A DNA stretch of 64,000 bases. It comes from Bdellovibrio sp. GTDB taxonomy: Bacteria; Bdellovibrionota; Bdellovibrionia; Bdellovibrionales; Bdellovibrionaceae. The position numbers and the translations under genes were made by a program. Below, one piece after another: positions 62,562-64,000 of the stretch. The stretch covers positions 64,001 to 128,000 of the forward strand of contig JAKFCY010000002.1 of assembly GCA_036676395.1 (NCBI GenBank), read 5' to 3'. The stretch's first letter is position 1, and every line of letters starts with the position of its first letter. The notes below the pieces were generated by a model that searched no databases, had not been told where the DNA came from, and worked only from the letters and a program-made list of their open reading frames with translations.

Positions 62562-64000
62562 ATGCTACATATCGATAACTTATTAGCAAAATCATACGCC
62601 GATAAAGACTATTCTGATCAGGTTCAGTGGTTGGTCAATATTTTTACGTGGCTAAGATTACCACGAGATGTTGAAAATTTAAAAATTACCCGAGAGCGCG
62701 TTTATTCAATTCGTATTAAGTATTTACTGTTTTTGTTATCACGCAATCCAGAATGGCAAAGAAATTTTGTTTCAACCGTAACTGCTATCATGCAGACGAT
62801 GTCATCAGTAAGTATCTTCACCGATGTAGGTATGTCTTTGAATTTCAGCTTTATTCAGGATTTCATTCGTCGTCTTGAAGAAAAAATTCTTCCGCAAAGT
62901 GCATTGACCGAAAACCTATCAAGCTTACTTTTGGAAGTTTTTCCGGATGAAGACGAAAGTCTTCTGGTTGATGGAATTGATGAAGAAGTTTTTGCAGCGT
63001 TATTGGCCTTGTTTCAAAATGAAGGGCGCTTAATTGGCCTTCTTAGAGATAATATTTTCTTATCTTTACATGTTCTGACGACTCAGTTGCTGTCGAATGC
63101 TTTTTCTGTTCAAAGAGAAATCGAAGGAGCTATCAAAGACAGTAAAGGCTTACCAGAAGCCAGACTACAGGAATTAGTATCGCAGAATAAAATTGAAGCT
63201 GTGCAGTCAGTGTTGCCAGAAATGTTTGCTTGCCTTGGTGCTAGTGAGAAGTTGCAGCAGCATTACTATAATTTAATGCAGGACAAAGGCATTAAAGTTG
63301 ACTGCGTTTTTCTTCTCGAATCTCAGAGACGAAGAATAGACAGGATCAGAATTTTATTGAATCTTCTCAATACGACCCAGCCGGTGGCTAAGTCAGTGCG
63401 GTTATTTATTTCGACACTGATTTTGGATATTCATCATCAAAAAAGTTTACGATCATTTTTTGCAGAGAATATGAATCTTTTAACTCAAAGAATTGTCAGT
63501 CGCAATTCTGACGTGGGTGAACATTACGTCACTACAACGTGGAGCGAGTTTAGAAGAATGTACAATTCAGCCGTAGGTGGCGGAGCTGTTACATCGGCTA
63601 CTGTGTTTTTAAAATTGGTTATTTCTTCAATCGGTATAGCGGGTTTTGCCAAGGGCTTGCTTGATAGTCTGAATTACTCTTTTAGTTTTCTTTTTATTCA
63701 AAGTCTTGGGTGCACACTGGCAACAAAACAACCTTCTGCTACGGCACCTTACTTAGCGCAGTCACTTAAACAATCGGTGTTAGAATCGCGAAAGGCTGTC
63801 ATTGCCATTCTGCGCACACAGTTTATCGCTGTTCTTGGAAATTTAACTTTGGTTTTTCCGATTTGTTTTTTTGTATCCTGGATTTTTATGTATTTTGGAA
63901 GCCCGATAATGTCGGTTTCAGAGGGCATGGCTGCCATAAGTTCTACAGATATTCTAGGGCCGTCTCCGATTTTTGCGATATTCACAGGTTTTCTTTTATT
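62562..64000 (+). CDS. Gcr/'SpecificRecomb' family membrane protein (3'-truncated, absent from the ORF track)
   Basis: Manual translation MLHIDNLL...; family motifs GEHYVT, SAVGGGAV, LNYS.SF, TLATKQPSATA; no stop seen before the window end. Confidence 0.8.
   Translation, partial: MLHIDNLLAKSYADKDYSDQVQWLVNIFTWLRLPRDVENLKITRERVYSIRIKYLLFLLSRNPEWQRNFVSTVTAIMQTMSSVSIFTDVGMSLNFSFIQDFIRRLEEKILPQSALTENLSSLLLEVFPDEDESLLVDGIDEEVFAALLALFQNEGRLIGLLRDNIFLSLHVLTTQLLSNAFSVQREIEGAIKDSKGLPEARLQELVSQNKIEAVQSVLPEMFACLGASEKLQQHYYNLMQDKGIKVDCVFLLESQRRRIDRIRILLNLLNTTQPVAKSVRLFISTLILDIHHQKSLRSFFAENMNLLTQRIVSRNSDVGEHYVTTTWSEFRRMYNSAVGGGAVTSATVFLKLVISSIGIAGFAKGLLDSLNYSFSFLFIQSLGCTLATKQPSATAPYLAQSLKQSVLESRKAVIAILRTQFIAVLGNLTLVFPICFFVSWIFMYFGSPIMSVSEGMAAISSTDILGPSPIFAIFTGFLL

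Noticed and set aside
62599..62606. GCCGATAA sigma28 -10 box
   Set aside because: Lies inside the Gcr-family coding sequence with no convincing -35
58069..64000. Integrative element at the tRNA 3' end
   Set aside because: No integrase and no duplicated tRNA 3' end seen within the window

Overview
This AT-rich (roughly 40% GC by eye) chromosomal window most resembles Bdellovibrionota (Bdellovibrio/Pseudobdellovibrio-like); that is inferred from protein style and gene content, not from a search. Housekeeping genes include fabH, mreB, lpoB, prkA-yeaH-spoVR, yciH, tadA, rpsU-yqeY-dnaG-rpoD and a CAT-anticodon tRNA (probably Ile2). There are several two-component loci and many secreted or outer-membrane proteins. 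The standout is an ~11.6 kb block (8891-20502) of general-stress-type genes (YbdR-like dehydrogenase, SRPBCC, YhfW-like FAD/Rieske, GSP26, metallothionein-like, SodC, hemerythrin, ferritin-like, tiny orphan proteins). These flank a CHASE hybrid kinase, an Hpt protein and an NtrC-type sigma54 activator. All eight effector transcription units carry a correctly oriented GG-N10-GC sigma54 promoter, and a second palindrome recurs as a candidate activator site, which suggests a self-contained sigma54-driven general stress regulon. Other points of note: a candidate sigma54-dependent sRNA/attenuator before sodC; a 4.3 kb cassette (M48 protease, three AIM24 genes, zinc protease) bounded by a 14-bp direct repeat between rpoD and the tRNA; a 1400-aa beta-rich exported protein; and a possible degenerate sigma/anti-sigma fusion next to mreB. 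No CRISPR array, rRNA, transposase or integrase was seen.
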